Source: Leptonemataceae bacterium
GTDB lineage: Bacteria; Spirochaetota; Leptospiria; Leptospirales; Leptonemataceae
Direction of reading: 5' to 3'
NCBI GenBank assembly: GCA_965227295.1
Contig: OZ245742.1
Span: 1,920,001 to 1,984,000 of the forward strand
DNA length: 64,000 nt
Part shown: in pieces, positions 50,012 to 58,621 of the stretch
How positions within the stretch are numbered: position 1 is the stretch's first letter
Layout of the letters: each line of letters begins with the position of its first letter
Translations under genes and position numbers: made by a program
Notes under the pieces: model-generated
Database searches by the model: none
Told to the model about the DNA's origin: nothing
Seen by the model: the letters and a program-made list of their open reading frames with translations, nothing else

Positions 50012-52095
50012 GTGCGCTCTTGCTCATTACGGTGAGCGCGTATCTGACCATTAAATTCCGCTTCCGGATTTTTGCATCCTTTCCGTTGATCTTCAAATCT
50101 TTGAGCGGCAGCCTGGATCGCCGCACGAGCCGCGAAGGATTGTCCCCGGCCGCGGGAGTCGCGCTCACCGTGTTCGACGCGATCTGTGGTTCGGCGGTAG
50201 CATTCTTTTTTGCCGTGTTGATCGGCGGCTCGGTCGTCATCGGCTGGATCATCGGGTTGTCCGTTTTATGGATGTCCGTACAAACGGCGTTGATCGCCCT
50301 CGGCCGCGGCGCAGTACACACACAACCGTTGTCTCGACTTTCCGGCGTGGCCGCGTACCTCCATCGTTTTCATCCCGCGGCGGCCCGGCTGTATGTTCTG
50401 GGCGTGCTCGCCTCGGCGATTCTGTTCGGCACGTTGTTGCCGGCGGCCGCGATCACCCCTTTTCCGTATGGCCCCGTCTGGATCCTGTTGGCGGCGCTCG
50501 CGGCCGGCGGCGCGGCCCGGGGCGGATATCCGCGTCTCGCCCGGTTTGCCCTCGCCACCGCCGGCATCACGTTGTGTTTGTTCCTCGTTTTGTTCCTGGT
50601 GGAGCCGCGGCAGAATCTCTTCGCGCAGTACGATGCGATCGTTGCCGCCGCCGCAATCCAGGCGCCCAAACCGCTCTGGCATGCGGCCGGCGCGATCTGG
50701 CTGTACTTCGCCGTGTCGGGTTTGCTCACCGGGCGAACGGAAACCATCGCCGCGGTGTTACGCGTCGACGCGCCGCTCCGAGCCGGGCTCGCGTTTTCCA
50801 TCGTACCGCTGATCGCTATCCTGCCGGGTTTGCTCTTTGCGATGGAGTTTTATCCGACGATGTCTGAGGCCCTGCCGGCGCATCGCGTGCTGGTCCGGGC
50901 CATTACCGTGATCGCCTTTGCGGGCAGCCTGCCGGGCTGGATGATTGTCGCGCGCCGGGCGTTCGCAGCGTTGAGTGGACGCTCTCCCGGAGAACGTTTG
51001 CGTCCGGCCGGTGTCTTTGCCTATCTGCTACCGGCCCTGGCGATCGCGACGACCGTCCTCCTGTCTTCATTTTACGTGGAAGATCCGGTCCTCTCGTACC
51101 TGGCGTTGCCGGCCTTTGTGATCTCCCTCGTGACCGGCATTCCCGCATTGCTCGCCGTCTACTTCGCGGCGGATCGCATCGAAGCGTCCTGGCAGAGACT
51201 GCTGCGTGCGGAGCGGGACCTGGAAGTCACGCGCCCCGGTCGCGACGTAAAGTTACTTTTGTTTCACTTACTGCCGAAGAACCTGGTGTCCCGCCTCTTC
51301 GGGTACATTGCGCTTACGCCCTGGCCGGGCTTCATACTCAAGCCGCTGTTACGCTGGTACGCGGCAACGTTCCACGTGGATCTCGACGAAGCCGAACGTC
51401 CGCTGGAAGACTATCGATCGCTGAACGAGTTTTTCACGCGGGCTCTCGCCCCCGGTGTCCGTCCCATTGCCGGCGGCGCGCGCACGGTGGTCTCGCCGGT
51501 GGATGCGGTGCTCTCGCAGTTCGGTAACATCGAACACGGCACGTTGATCCAGGCGAAGGGCCTCGACTATGCGCTCACCGATCTGCTCAACGAGTCCGAG
51601 TACACGCACAGCTTTGCCGGCGGAACGTACTGCGTGTTGTACTTGAGCCCGCGGGACTATCATCGCATTCATACGCCGTTCACCGGTGAGGTCGCCGGTT
51701 ACGATTACGAGCCTGGCGCACTCTTTCCGGTGAACGTCTTCTCGGTACATTCCGTGCGCGATCTGTTTCCGAAGAACGAACGACTCACCACGTATCTGGA
51801 AACCGAGCACGGTCGCATTGCGGTGGTGAAGGTCGGCGCCACGAACGTGGGTAAGATGAGCCTTACGTACGATCCGGCCGTGCGGACGAACGGTTGGTTG
51901 CGCCTGGCTCACCGCCGCCGCTATCGCACCGAGCCGAACGAACCGCCGCGCCTGGAGCGCGGGGCCGAGCTCGGTCGTTTCGAGATGGGATCCACCGTGG
52001 TGCTGCTGTTCGAGCGCGACTGCTTCGCGTTTTCCGAGCGGATCACGAACGACATGTTCGTGCAGCTCGGCGAGGAGATCGGCCGTTTCGTTTGA
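49957..52095 (+). CDS. psd: Fusion of a polytopic membrane domain with phosphatidylserine decarboxylase
   Basis: About 410 hydrophobic residues, then SLNEFFTR, VSPVD, QAKG, YLSPRDYHRIH, VGATNVG and GRFEMGSTVVL (self-cleavage site). Confidence 0.88.
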   Translation: MGRAHQSYVIWIEALFVTCALLLITVSAYLTIKFRFRIFASFPLIFKSLSGSLDRRTSREGLSPAAGVALTVFDAICGSAVAFFFAVLIGGSVVIGWIIGLSVLWMSVQTALIALGRGAVHTQPLSRLSGVAAYLHRFHPAAARLYVLGVLASAILFGTLLPAAAITPFPYGPVWILLAALAAGGAARGGYPRLARFALATAGITLCLFLVLFLVEPRQNLFAQYDAIVAAAAIQAPKPLWHAAGAIWLYFAVSGLLTGRTETIAAVLRVDAPLRAGLAFSIVPLIAILPGLLFAMEFYPTMSEALPAHRVLVRAITVIAFAGSLPGWMIVARRAFAALSGRSPGERLRPAGVFAYLLPALAIATTVLLSSFYVEDPVLSYLALPAFVISLVTGIPALLAVYFAADRIEASWQRLLRAERDLEVTRPGRDVKLLLFHLLPKNLVSRLFGYIALTPWPGFILKPLLRWYAATFHVDLDEAERPLEDYRSLNEFFTRALAPGVRPIAGGARTVVSPVDAVLSQFGNIEHGTLIQAKGLDYALTDLLNESEYTHSFAGGTYCVLYLSPRDYHRIHTPFTGEVAGYDYEPGALFPVNVFSVHSVRDLFPKNERLTTYLETEHGRIAVVKVGATNVGKMSLTYDPAVRTNGWLRLAHRRRYRTEPNEPPRLERGAELGRFEMGSTVVLLFERDCFAFSERITNDMFVQLGEEIGRFV

Positions 52096-52096
52096 G

Positions 52097-52729
52097 TCAG
52101 CGCCGGTTGCGGTGGAGCTGTTCAAGGTCGCGCACGCGCAGGGTGATGAGCCGCTCGGTTTCTTTCATGAGCGCCCGGCCGTCTTTCTCGTTGACCACCA
52201 GCGCGAAGCGGATCACGGAGCCGACGGTATGCGCGATGTACAGCGCAAACGATTGCACCTCGGATTTCTTCAATTCCGGCAGCAACCCGCGCAGGAGTTC
52301 GGTGAATCTTGCGGCGTTACGATAGCTGTCCCGGGCGTCGAGTTCCATTAACGCCGGTTCGGCCTGGATGCCGGCCCAGATGTTGGCAAGATCGGGGTTG
52401 TCCGTAAAGAACGCGGCGAAGCGTTTGAGCAGGGCCGGGACGGCGGCCAGAAACTCATCGACGCTCTGTACCTGGCTCAGGCCCTCTTCCAGGGCGTCGT
52501 GGATGCTCTCGTAGTACCCTTCCATGATCGCGAGCAGCACGGCGTTCTTGTCCGGGAAGTACTGGTACACCGAGCTGATGGGCACACCGGCTTCGGCGGC
52601 GATTTCGCGCATGCTCACGGCGTCGTTGCCCCGGCTGCCGATGAGTTCCCGGGCCGTGCGGAGAATCAGCTCCACGCGCTCCCGGCTGCGGGCCTGGGTC
52701 GGTCGTCTGCGCAAACCGCTCTCGCTCAT
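52097..52729 (-). CDS. TetR/AcrR family transcriptional regulator
   Basis: SMREIAAEAGVPISSVYQYFPDK HTH; divergent from the monooxygenase. Confidence 0.92.
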   Translation of the reverse strand: MSESGLRRRPTQARSRERVELILRTARELIGSRGNDAVSMREIAAEAGVPISSVYQYFPDKNAVLLAIMEGYYESIHDALEEGLSQVQSVDEFLAAVPALLKRFAAFFTDNPDLANIWAGIQAEPALMELDARDSYRNAARFTELLRGLLPELKKSEVQSFALYIAHTVGSVIRFALVVNEKDGRALMKETERLITLRVRDLEQLHRNRR

Positions 52730-52809
52730 TCGCAGCAGACTCACGCGGCGGTCCCATCCTACAATAGATTTTCCGGGTGAAATTTTTCCGCCCTGGCCGT
52801 TTTTCCCTC

Positions 52810-52845
52810 TTGACAGAAAAATGAGCATTGCTCTCTTTTATGCGA
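52810..52845 (+). promoter_or_regulatory. Candidate promoter/TetR operator of the monooxygenase
   Basis: TTGACA at 52810 followed by the palindrome GAGCA-T-TGCTC. Confidence 0.45.
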
Positions 52846-52876
52846 TCATTGCTCAGGTTTGAGCCGAGAGGGTATT

Positions 52877-54274
52877 ATGAACGGAAAACACCAGGGCGCG
52901 CCGGAGCGTCGGTATTGCATTGTCGGCGCCGGGCCGGCGGGGCTGGCGATGGCCAGGGCCTTCAAAGTCAGGGGCATCGCCTTCGATGTTTTTGAAAAAC
53001 ACTCGGACGTCGGCGGTATCTGGGATCCGGAGAACCCGGGCTCGCCTATGTACGATTCGGCGCACTTCATTTCCTCGAAGACGCTGTCCGGCTACTACGA
53101 CTATCCCATGCCGGACGACTATCCGGATTACCCCGACAATCGTCGCGTACTGGAGTACCATCGGGCGTTTGCGCGGGACTACGGCCTCTACGACGACATC
53201 ACATTCGGTACGGCGATCGAAAGCATCGAGGATCGCGACGGCGCATGGTGGGTCACCCCGGCGGGCCAGGCCCCGCGTCGGTACGCCGGCGTGGTGTGTG
53301 CGAGCGGCATCACCTGGGATCCGGTTACGCCGGAGTTCGACGGAGTGTTCAACGGCGAGATCATGCACAGCGTGCAGTACCGCCATCGTGACATCTTTCG
53401 CGGGAAGCGCGTGCTGGTGATCGGTGCCGGTAACTCTGGCTGCGATATCGCCTGCGACGCCGCGTCCACGGCGGACGACGCGATGATCAGTGTGCGCCGG
53501 GGCTATTACTTTATCCCGAAACATCTGTTCGGTCAGCCCGCCGACGTCTTCGCCAGTTCATCGAGCTGGATGCCCGCGCGATTGTCGCAGATGATCTTCG
53601 GTTTCTTACTGAAGTACGTCGTCGTCGGCGATCTCACCAGACTCGGGTTGCCCGCGCCGGACCATCGTATCCTGGAATCGCATCCCATCGTGAACGATCA
53701 ATTGCTGCACTATCTGCGGCACGGTGACGTTCGTGCGAAGCTCGATGTGCTGCGTTTCGACGGCGATCATGTGGAGTTTTGGGACGGCAGTCGCGAGCGT
53801 GTGGATCTGATCGTCTGCGCCACCGGTTATCGTTGGTCGATCCCGTACATGAAGAAGTCGTACTTCACGTGGCGCGGCGGTCGGCCGGATCAGTACCTTA
53901 CGCTCTTCAATCGCGAGCACGAGAACCTGTTTTCCCTGGGCTACATGGAAACGGACGGCGGCGCGTACAAAATGTTCGACGACATGGCGGACATGATCGC
54001 GAGCTACGTGGACGCAAAAGATTCCGGCAACGCTTCCGCGCAGAAGATGGACCGCCTGATTCGCACCGACCGGCCGGCATTGAACGGCGGCATTCGTTAC
54101 CTGGCGTCGGATCGCCACGCGGCATACGTCAACAAGAACGCCTACGTGAAATACCTGCGCCGGTTGCGCAAGAAGCTCGGCTGGACGGGACTCAGAGCAG
54201 ATCAGTTTGAGTCGATCCGGAAACACGCGTCGGAAACGGAGCAGGAGGAACGGACTCGTGCAGTCGTTCGATGA
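52877..54274 (+). CDS. Flavin-containing monooxygenase
   Basis: GAGPAG, GGIW, FxGxxxHSxxY, GAGNSG and CATGY motifs. Confidence 0.93.
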   Translation: MNGKHQGAPERRYCIVGAGPAGLAMARAFKVRGIAFDVFEKHSDVGGIWDPENPGSPMYDSAHFISSKTLSGYYDYPMPDDYPDYPDNRRVLEYHRAFARDYGLYDDITFGTAIESIEDRDGAWWVTPAGQAPRRYAGVVCASGITWDPVTPEFDGVFNGEIMHSVQYRHRDIFRGKRVLVIGAGNSGCDIACDAASTADDAMISVRRGYYFIPKHLFGQPADVFASSSSWMPARLSQMIFGFLLKYVVVGDLTRLGLPAPDHRILESHPIVNDQLLHYLRHGDVRAKLDVLRFDGDHVEFWDGSRERVDLIVCATGYRWSIPYMKKSYFTWRGGRPDQYLTLFNREHENLFSLGYMETDGGAYKMFDDMADMIASYVDAKDSGNASAQKMDRLIRTDRPALNGGIRYLASDRHAAYVNKNAYVKYLRRLRKKLGWTGLRADQFESIRKHASETEQEERTRAVVR

Positions 54275-54473
54275 AACACCGCTCGCCCTGATCACCGGCG
54301 GGGGCGGCATCGAAACCGGACGCATGGAGATCTACGTTCCGTACGGCGACGGTCTCAGCAGTCGGCTATCGGTGGTCTTTCCCTGGTTGATTCCGTTGAT
54401 CGAGCCGGTGCTCGAACGCATCGGCCGGTGGGGCCGGCGGCGCTATCTCGCTCGCAAAGAGCAGCCGGCGTAG
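54258..54473 (+). pseudogene. Short-chain dehydrogenase remnant with most of the interior deleted
   Basis: GGAGG RBS and GTG start; Rossmann-like ALITGGGGI joined directly to an SDR-like C-terminal segment; 71 aa. Confidence 0.55.
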
Positions 54474-54500
54474 GACCAGCTCGCAAATCGCGCGGACATG

Positions 54501-54531
54501 AAAAAACCCCGGTCTTTGCGGCCGGGGTTTT
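54501..54531. terminator. Bidirectional intrinsic terminator between the monooxygenase operon and 5S rRNA
   Basis: aaaaaaccccggtc-tttgc-ggccggggtttt stem with A and T tails. Confidence 0.8.
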
Positions 54532-54571
54532 CCATGCGCTCAGGCGCTCTTGTATGATTTATGAGAACTGA

Positions 54572-54687
<116 letters not shown>

Positions 54688-54801
54688 GAGGACCATGTGT
54701 ACACGCCGGAGCGGCCGGTCAAACACTTACCGAAAAAATTGGCCGGGTTACGGGGAAAAAATTAACCACCGAGGCACCGAGGACAATTCGCGTGAGGTGC
54801 C

Positions 54802-55221
54802 TCAGGCCCCTTCGACGCGGAGTCCGATCGCCTGGGCGGCCGTGGCCATCTGCCGGTCGTGGGTCACAACCCGGAAATCGGTGTCGTTCAGTTCGGCCTG
54901 CCAGAGCAGCGCCGAAGATAGATGAATGGCATCCAGGGTGCCGATGATCGTGGGAAACGGGCCGGCCGCTCTGGTCTGGATCGCCGCGTTGCATTCGATG
55001 ATGCAGAAGGAGTCCACGACGGATTGAAGTGCGGACTTGAGTTTCGCAAGATGCTCGTCTTCGAGGGAGCCTTCCAGGCGCAGACGCTGAATCGTTCGTT
55101 CGGCCTCAATCAACAGGAAACTGCTGGTCCCGGCGGTTTTCCATTTAAGAAAATCAGCGTAGATCCCCGGAGAGCCCAGTAACCATCGCAGGACCACCGA
55201 TGTATCAACATAGCAGGTCAC
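54802..55221 (-). CDS. vapC: PIN-domain VapC toxin
   Basis: Acidic PIN residues in YVDTS, IEA, TLDAIHL and THD; 4-nt overlap with the antitoxin. Confidence 0.88.
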   Translation of the reverse strand: MTCYVDTSVVLRWLLGSPGIYADFLKWKTAGTSSFLLIEAERTIQRLRLEGSLEDEHLAKLKSALQSVVDSFCIIECNAAIQTRAAGPFPTIIGTLDAIHLSSALLWQAELNDTDFRVVTHDRQMATAAQAIGLRVEGA

Positions 55222-55463
55222 CGGCGATTCCGATCCGCGAGCAGTGTTTCCACCGGATCAAAGTCTACCTGTAGCGGTGGACGCACGCGTGGTTTTTTCG
55301 GCGTTTTCGGCGGGTGTACGATCAGCCCGTCCGCCGGTAGTATCGGCCGCAGTTCCGCGACGGGCGTTTCGCGATCCAGAACCCTGACAATGCCGCCGCG
55401 CCGCACCAGCCGTAGAGCCTCGCTGAGCTTCGCCTTCAGCTCCGACACCTTCATGGTCTTCAT
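55218..55463 (-). CDS. vapB: Phd/YefM-family antitoxin
   Basis: MKTMKVSELKAKLSEALRLVRRG...DRETPVAEL pattern. Confidence 0.88.
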   Translation of the reverse strand: MKTMKVSELKAKLSEALRLVRRGGIVRVLDRETPVAELRPILPADGLIVHPPKTPKKPRVRPPLQVDFDPVETLLADRNRR

Positions 55464-55464
55464 G

Positions 55465-55500
55465 TGACCATATATAGTCATGATGGATGCGGCCGGTCAA
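55465..55500 (-). promoter_or_regulatory. vapBC promoter and autoregulatory operator
   Basis: TTGACC-N18-TATATA on the minus strand, ending 7 nt before the ATG; imperfect palindrome TGACCATATATAGTCA at 55465-55480. Confidence 0.6.
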
Positions 55501-55603
55501 ACACTTACCGAAAAATTGGCCGCGCCCGGGGAATTTTTTGCCACAGAGGCACAGAGAGCACAGAGGTTTTTTGGGATGGGCGGATCAGCTATGATCGATC
55601 TCG

Positions 55604-55700
55604 ACTCTTCGCGTTAGCGATGCGTAGTATGGCGCGCAGCGCCAGTCCGGAGCGCGCAGCGCGGAGGACCGCAGCGAAGCAAAGGGGAACGCCCAAAAAA
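55604..55700 (-). repeat. REP-like multi-hairpin element, family 2, copy 2
   Basis: Reverse complement shares ttttttgggcg, gcttcgctgcggtc, gactggcgctgcgcgcca and cgcgaagagt with 904-1023. Confidence 0.7.
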
Positions 55701-55747
55701 ATCTCACCTGATACTCTACCCTTAGATTCGGGACGTGTGCGATCAAA

Positions 55748-56239
55748 CTAGGCGTCCAGAAAACGCTTCCCGTACACGAACCGCCACAGGTTCGCCAACA
55801 ATCCGCGGGAGTTCTTGTCGCCGATGCGATCGAGGAGCCGTTCCTGGGCTTCTTCCCATAACGGAATGGCGCGATTCAGAACGTCATGGCCGGCGTCGGT
55901 GACGTAGACCGAACGCGTGCGGCGGTCGTCGTCGCTCACGGCGTAGGCAATCCATTCGCCCTTTTCCAGGGGTTTGAGGTTGCGCGTGAGGGTGGTGCGA
56001 TCCATGACGAGGAGGGCGGCCAGGCGGGTGATGGAAAGATTCTCGTGCCGCGCAATTGTCGCGAGGATCTGAAACTGAGTGATGCGCAGGCCCGTGGGTT
56101 CAAGGACCTTGTCGTAGTGTTTCGTTACGAGGCGGGCGGCCTTGCGCATGTTGAAACACACGCAGGTAATGCCGATGCGCTTGAGGCGCCGGCGATACGC
56201 CAGATCCTCGGCCTCGTGATGATCGTCTGTCCCGGCCAT
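55748..56239 (-). CDS. MarR family transcriptional regulator
   Basis: CVCFNMRKAAR, QFQIL, MDRTTLTRNL and DDRR motifs. Confidence 0.9.
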   Translation of the reverse strand: MAGTDDHHEAEDLAYRRRLKRIGITCVCFNMRKAARLVTKHYDKVLEPTGLRITQFQILATIARHENLSITRLAALLVMDRTTLTRNLKPLEKGEWIAYAVSDDDRRTRSVYVTDAGHDVLNRAIPLWEEAQERLLDRIGDKNSRGLLANLWRFVYGKRFLDA

Positions 56240-56342
56240 TCGTAGTAAAGTAAGATGATGTGAAATTAAGAAAACGAAAAAGTGCGGCCCGCCCGGAATC
56301 CCGAGGTGGACGGGCCGCCCTGTGAGTCGGAGAAAAGGAGAC

Positions 56343-57560
56343 TTAGTTCGCCAGGTTCTCCACGACCGTGGCGACACCCATGCCGCCGCCGATGCACAGC
56401 GTCACCAGGCCGTAGCGTTGTTTGCGGCGCTGGAGTTCGTCGAGGACCGTGCCGAGGAGAATCGCGCCGGTGCCGCCCAGCGGGTGACCGAGGGCAATGG
56501 CGCCGCCGTTCACGTTGAGCTTATCGTCCGGAATGTTCAGCTCTTTCTGCGCATAGAGTACGACCGCCGCGAAGGCTTCGTTGATTTCCCAGAGATCGAT
56601 GTCTTTGGATTCCAGGCCGGCTTTTTCCAGAGCGCGCTTCGAAGCGCTGACCGGGCCGGTGAGCATAATGGTCGGCTCGGTGCCCGTGGCGGCAATGGAT
56701 ACGATGCGGCCTTTGGGATTGAGGCCGTACTCGTTCTTAGCGCGTTCGCCGCCCAGGAGAACCGTGGCCGCGCCGTCGACGACGCCGGAGCTGTTGCCGA
56801 GGGTGTGCACGTGGTTGATCTTATCGAACTGGGGGTAGGTTTTCAGAGCGATGGCATCGAGTTCTTTTTCGCCGATGGTCTTGAAGACCGGACCGAGCTT
56901 CGAAAGGAATTCATAGTCGGATTCGATGCGCGGGTGCTCGTCGTCGACGACCACGTTGCCGTCTTTGTCTTTGACCGGCACGATGCTGTCTTTGAAGTAA
57001 CCGGCCTTGATGGCCGCGTCGGCGCGTTCCTGTGAACGAACGGCGTACCTGTCGACGTCTTCGCGAGAGAAGCCTTCTTTCGTGGCGATGAGGTCCGCGG
57101 AGATGCCCTGGGGCACCAGGTTGTAGTGTTCGGCGATGTACGGGTTGCCGATGGACATATCGAGGCCTTCGATGTCGGCGCCCATTTTTACGCGGGACAT
57201 GGACTCGACGCCGCCCGCGACGACGAGGTCCTGCATGCCGGAAGCCACGGCGCCCACGGCGTTGTTGATGGCCTGAAGGCCGGAGCCGCAGAAACGGTTT
57301 ACCGTGTAGCCGGGAACGGAGTCCGGCCAATCGGCAGCCATGACGGAGTAACGTGCAATGCACGCGCCCTGATCACTGACCTGGGAGACACAGCCCAGGA
57401 CGACGTCTTCGACCTTCTCGGGATCGAGATTATTGCGTTGCTGAAGTGCTTTGAGGGTTTCGCCCGCCAGATTCTGGGGGTGTTCGTGGGCCAGCACGCC
57501 CCGTTTTTTGCCTTTGCCGCGCGCCGTGCGCACCGCATCAAATACGTATACGTTTTCCAT
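56343..57560 (-). CDS. Acetyl-CoA C-acyltransferase (thiolase)
   Basis: NRFCGSG, NEAFA, GHPLG and CIGGGMG motifs. Confidence 0.95.
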   Translation of the reverse strand: MENVYVFDAVRTARGKGKKRGVLAHEHPQNLAGETLKALQQRNNLDPEKVEDVVLGCVSQVSDQGACIARYSVMAADWPDSVPGYTVNRFCGSGLQAINNAVGAVASGMQDLVVAGGVESMSRVKMGADIEGLDMSIGNPYIAEHYNLVPQGISADLIATKEGFSREDVDRYAVRSQERADAAIKAGYFKDSIVPVKDKDGNVVVDDEHPRIESDYEFLSKLGPVFKTIGEKELDAIALKTYPQFDKINHVHTLGNSSGVVDGAATVLLGGERAKNEYGLNPKGRIVSIAATGTEPTIMLTGPVSASKRALEKAGLESKDIDLWEINEAFAAVVLYAQKELNIPDDKLNVNGGAIALGHPLGGTGAILLGTVLDELQRRKQRYGLVTLCIGGGMGVATVVENLAN

Positions 57561-57639
57561 GATTTTCCTCCTGATGCGCCCGGACACACGATCGATCTCC
57601 GACCGGCATCAGTTTGTGTATTTTCCTGAATTTTAACAC

Positions 57640-57675
57640 AGCGTGTATATGCACGCTTAATATGTGCATATGCAC
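57640..57675. promoter_or_regulatory. Tandem palindromic operators upstream of thiolase-MarR
   Basis: agcgtgtatatgcacgct (57640-57657, one mismatch) and gtgcatatgcac (57664-57675, perfect). Confidence 0.65.
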
Positions 57676-57875
57676 GAAAACGGGCTGTACGGCAAGGATT
57701 TTTCGGTCAGGATGGATGTCTTTCGCTCGGTACGTGAGTTTGGTGCCAGGCGAGAAAGCTGCTTATGTTTAAATTATACGCGACAAGAAAATTTCTTTCC
57801 GTAGGCTAAGAGCCTGGGATAACTGTGAGCGCGGCTTATTGTCTATAGTAAACGTTACGATATTGACATCAGGAA

Positions 57876-58061
57876 ATGAAACTTATGAATGACGCCGAAT
57901 TCCAAAAATTGTACGACCGGACACCCTCCGCTCCACAGAATGCCGGCGCCGCTATTGACTATACAAAAGTGCGCGCCGCTGCGCGCGAAGTTCTCGCCGA
58001 AAACATGGATGCCATCGAGAAATCTCTGGTCGCGCTGGCAGAGCATGGCGAACAGCAATAG
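57876..58061 (+). CDS. Small acidic protein, possible antitoxin
   Basis: 61-aa ORF with AGGA upstream; overlaps the next gene by 17 nt. Confidence 0.6.
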   Translation: MKLMNDAEFQKLYDRTPSAPQNAGAAIDYTKVRAAAREVLAENMDAIEKSLVALAEHGEQQ

Positions 58062-58560
58062 CGATCCTGATCACGAAGAAGTTAAGACATTATATGATAC
58101 CCTGGAAGGCTTCATCGACGACTTGAGAAGTGATCTGGCTCTTCAGACTCTTCAAACCGATCCCTACGTTCTGCTCGATGTCGTAAAAAAATACGTCAGC
58201 GATATCGATCACTTCCACAAACTGTACAACATTGAGCCCGATGAATTCAAGAAAGCCGGCTACTGGACTTTCTGGATACGAAAGCTAAAGCCGGTCCACA
58301 TCGTAAATCCGCAAGAACAGGCTCGCCAGGCTCCCGTGGGCAGGGACCTGGTTCTCGGTTGGTATATCAACGAGTTTCTGGCCGTCAGCTATTCCCTGGG
58401 CGTTCTCCGGGTCGCCATCCGCCCCAGGCAGCAGTTCCGGCTCACTCCGCATTTATGGCGTGAGCTTGTGTATGGCCTTCGTTATCGTGCGATTTCGCCG
58501 CATGGGATGGCGCTATTCTATGAAGCTCTGGCGACCAATACAGTCATCTCCGAGCGTTAG
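58045..58560 (+). CDS. Hypothetical protein with a degenerate Doc/Fic-like motif
   Basis: DEFKKAGYWTFWIRKLKPVHIVN resembles the Doc helix-plus-HPFxDGN region by eye; start taken at ATG 58045. Confidence 0.6.
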   Translation: MANSNSDPDHEEVKTLYDTLEGFIDDLRSDLALQTLQTDPYVLLDVVKKYVSDIDHFHKLYNIEPDEFKKAGYWTFWIRKLKPVHIVNPQEQARQAPVGRDLVLGWYINEFLAVSYSLGVLRVAIRPRQQFRLTPHLWRELVYGLRYRAISPHGMALFYEALATNTVISER

Positions 58561-58621
58561 GTCTCCTGACGGAACACGGCGGCGGGGTATCTGGCGGACA
58601 ATTCGACATCGGTCCTCGTAT

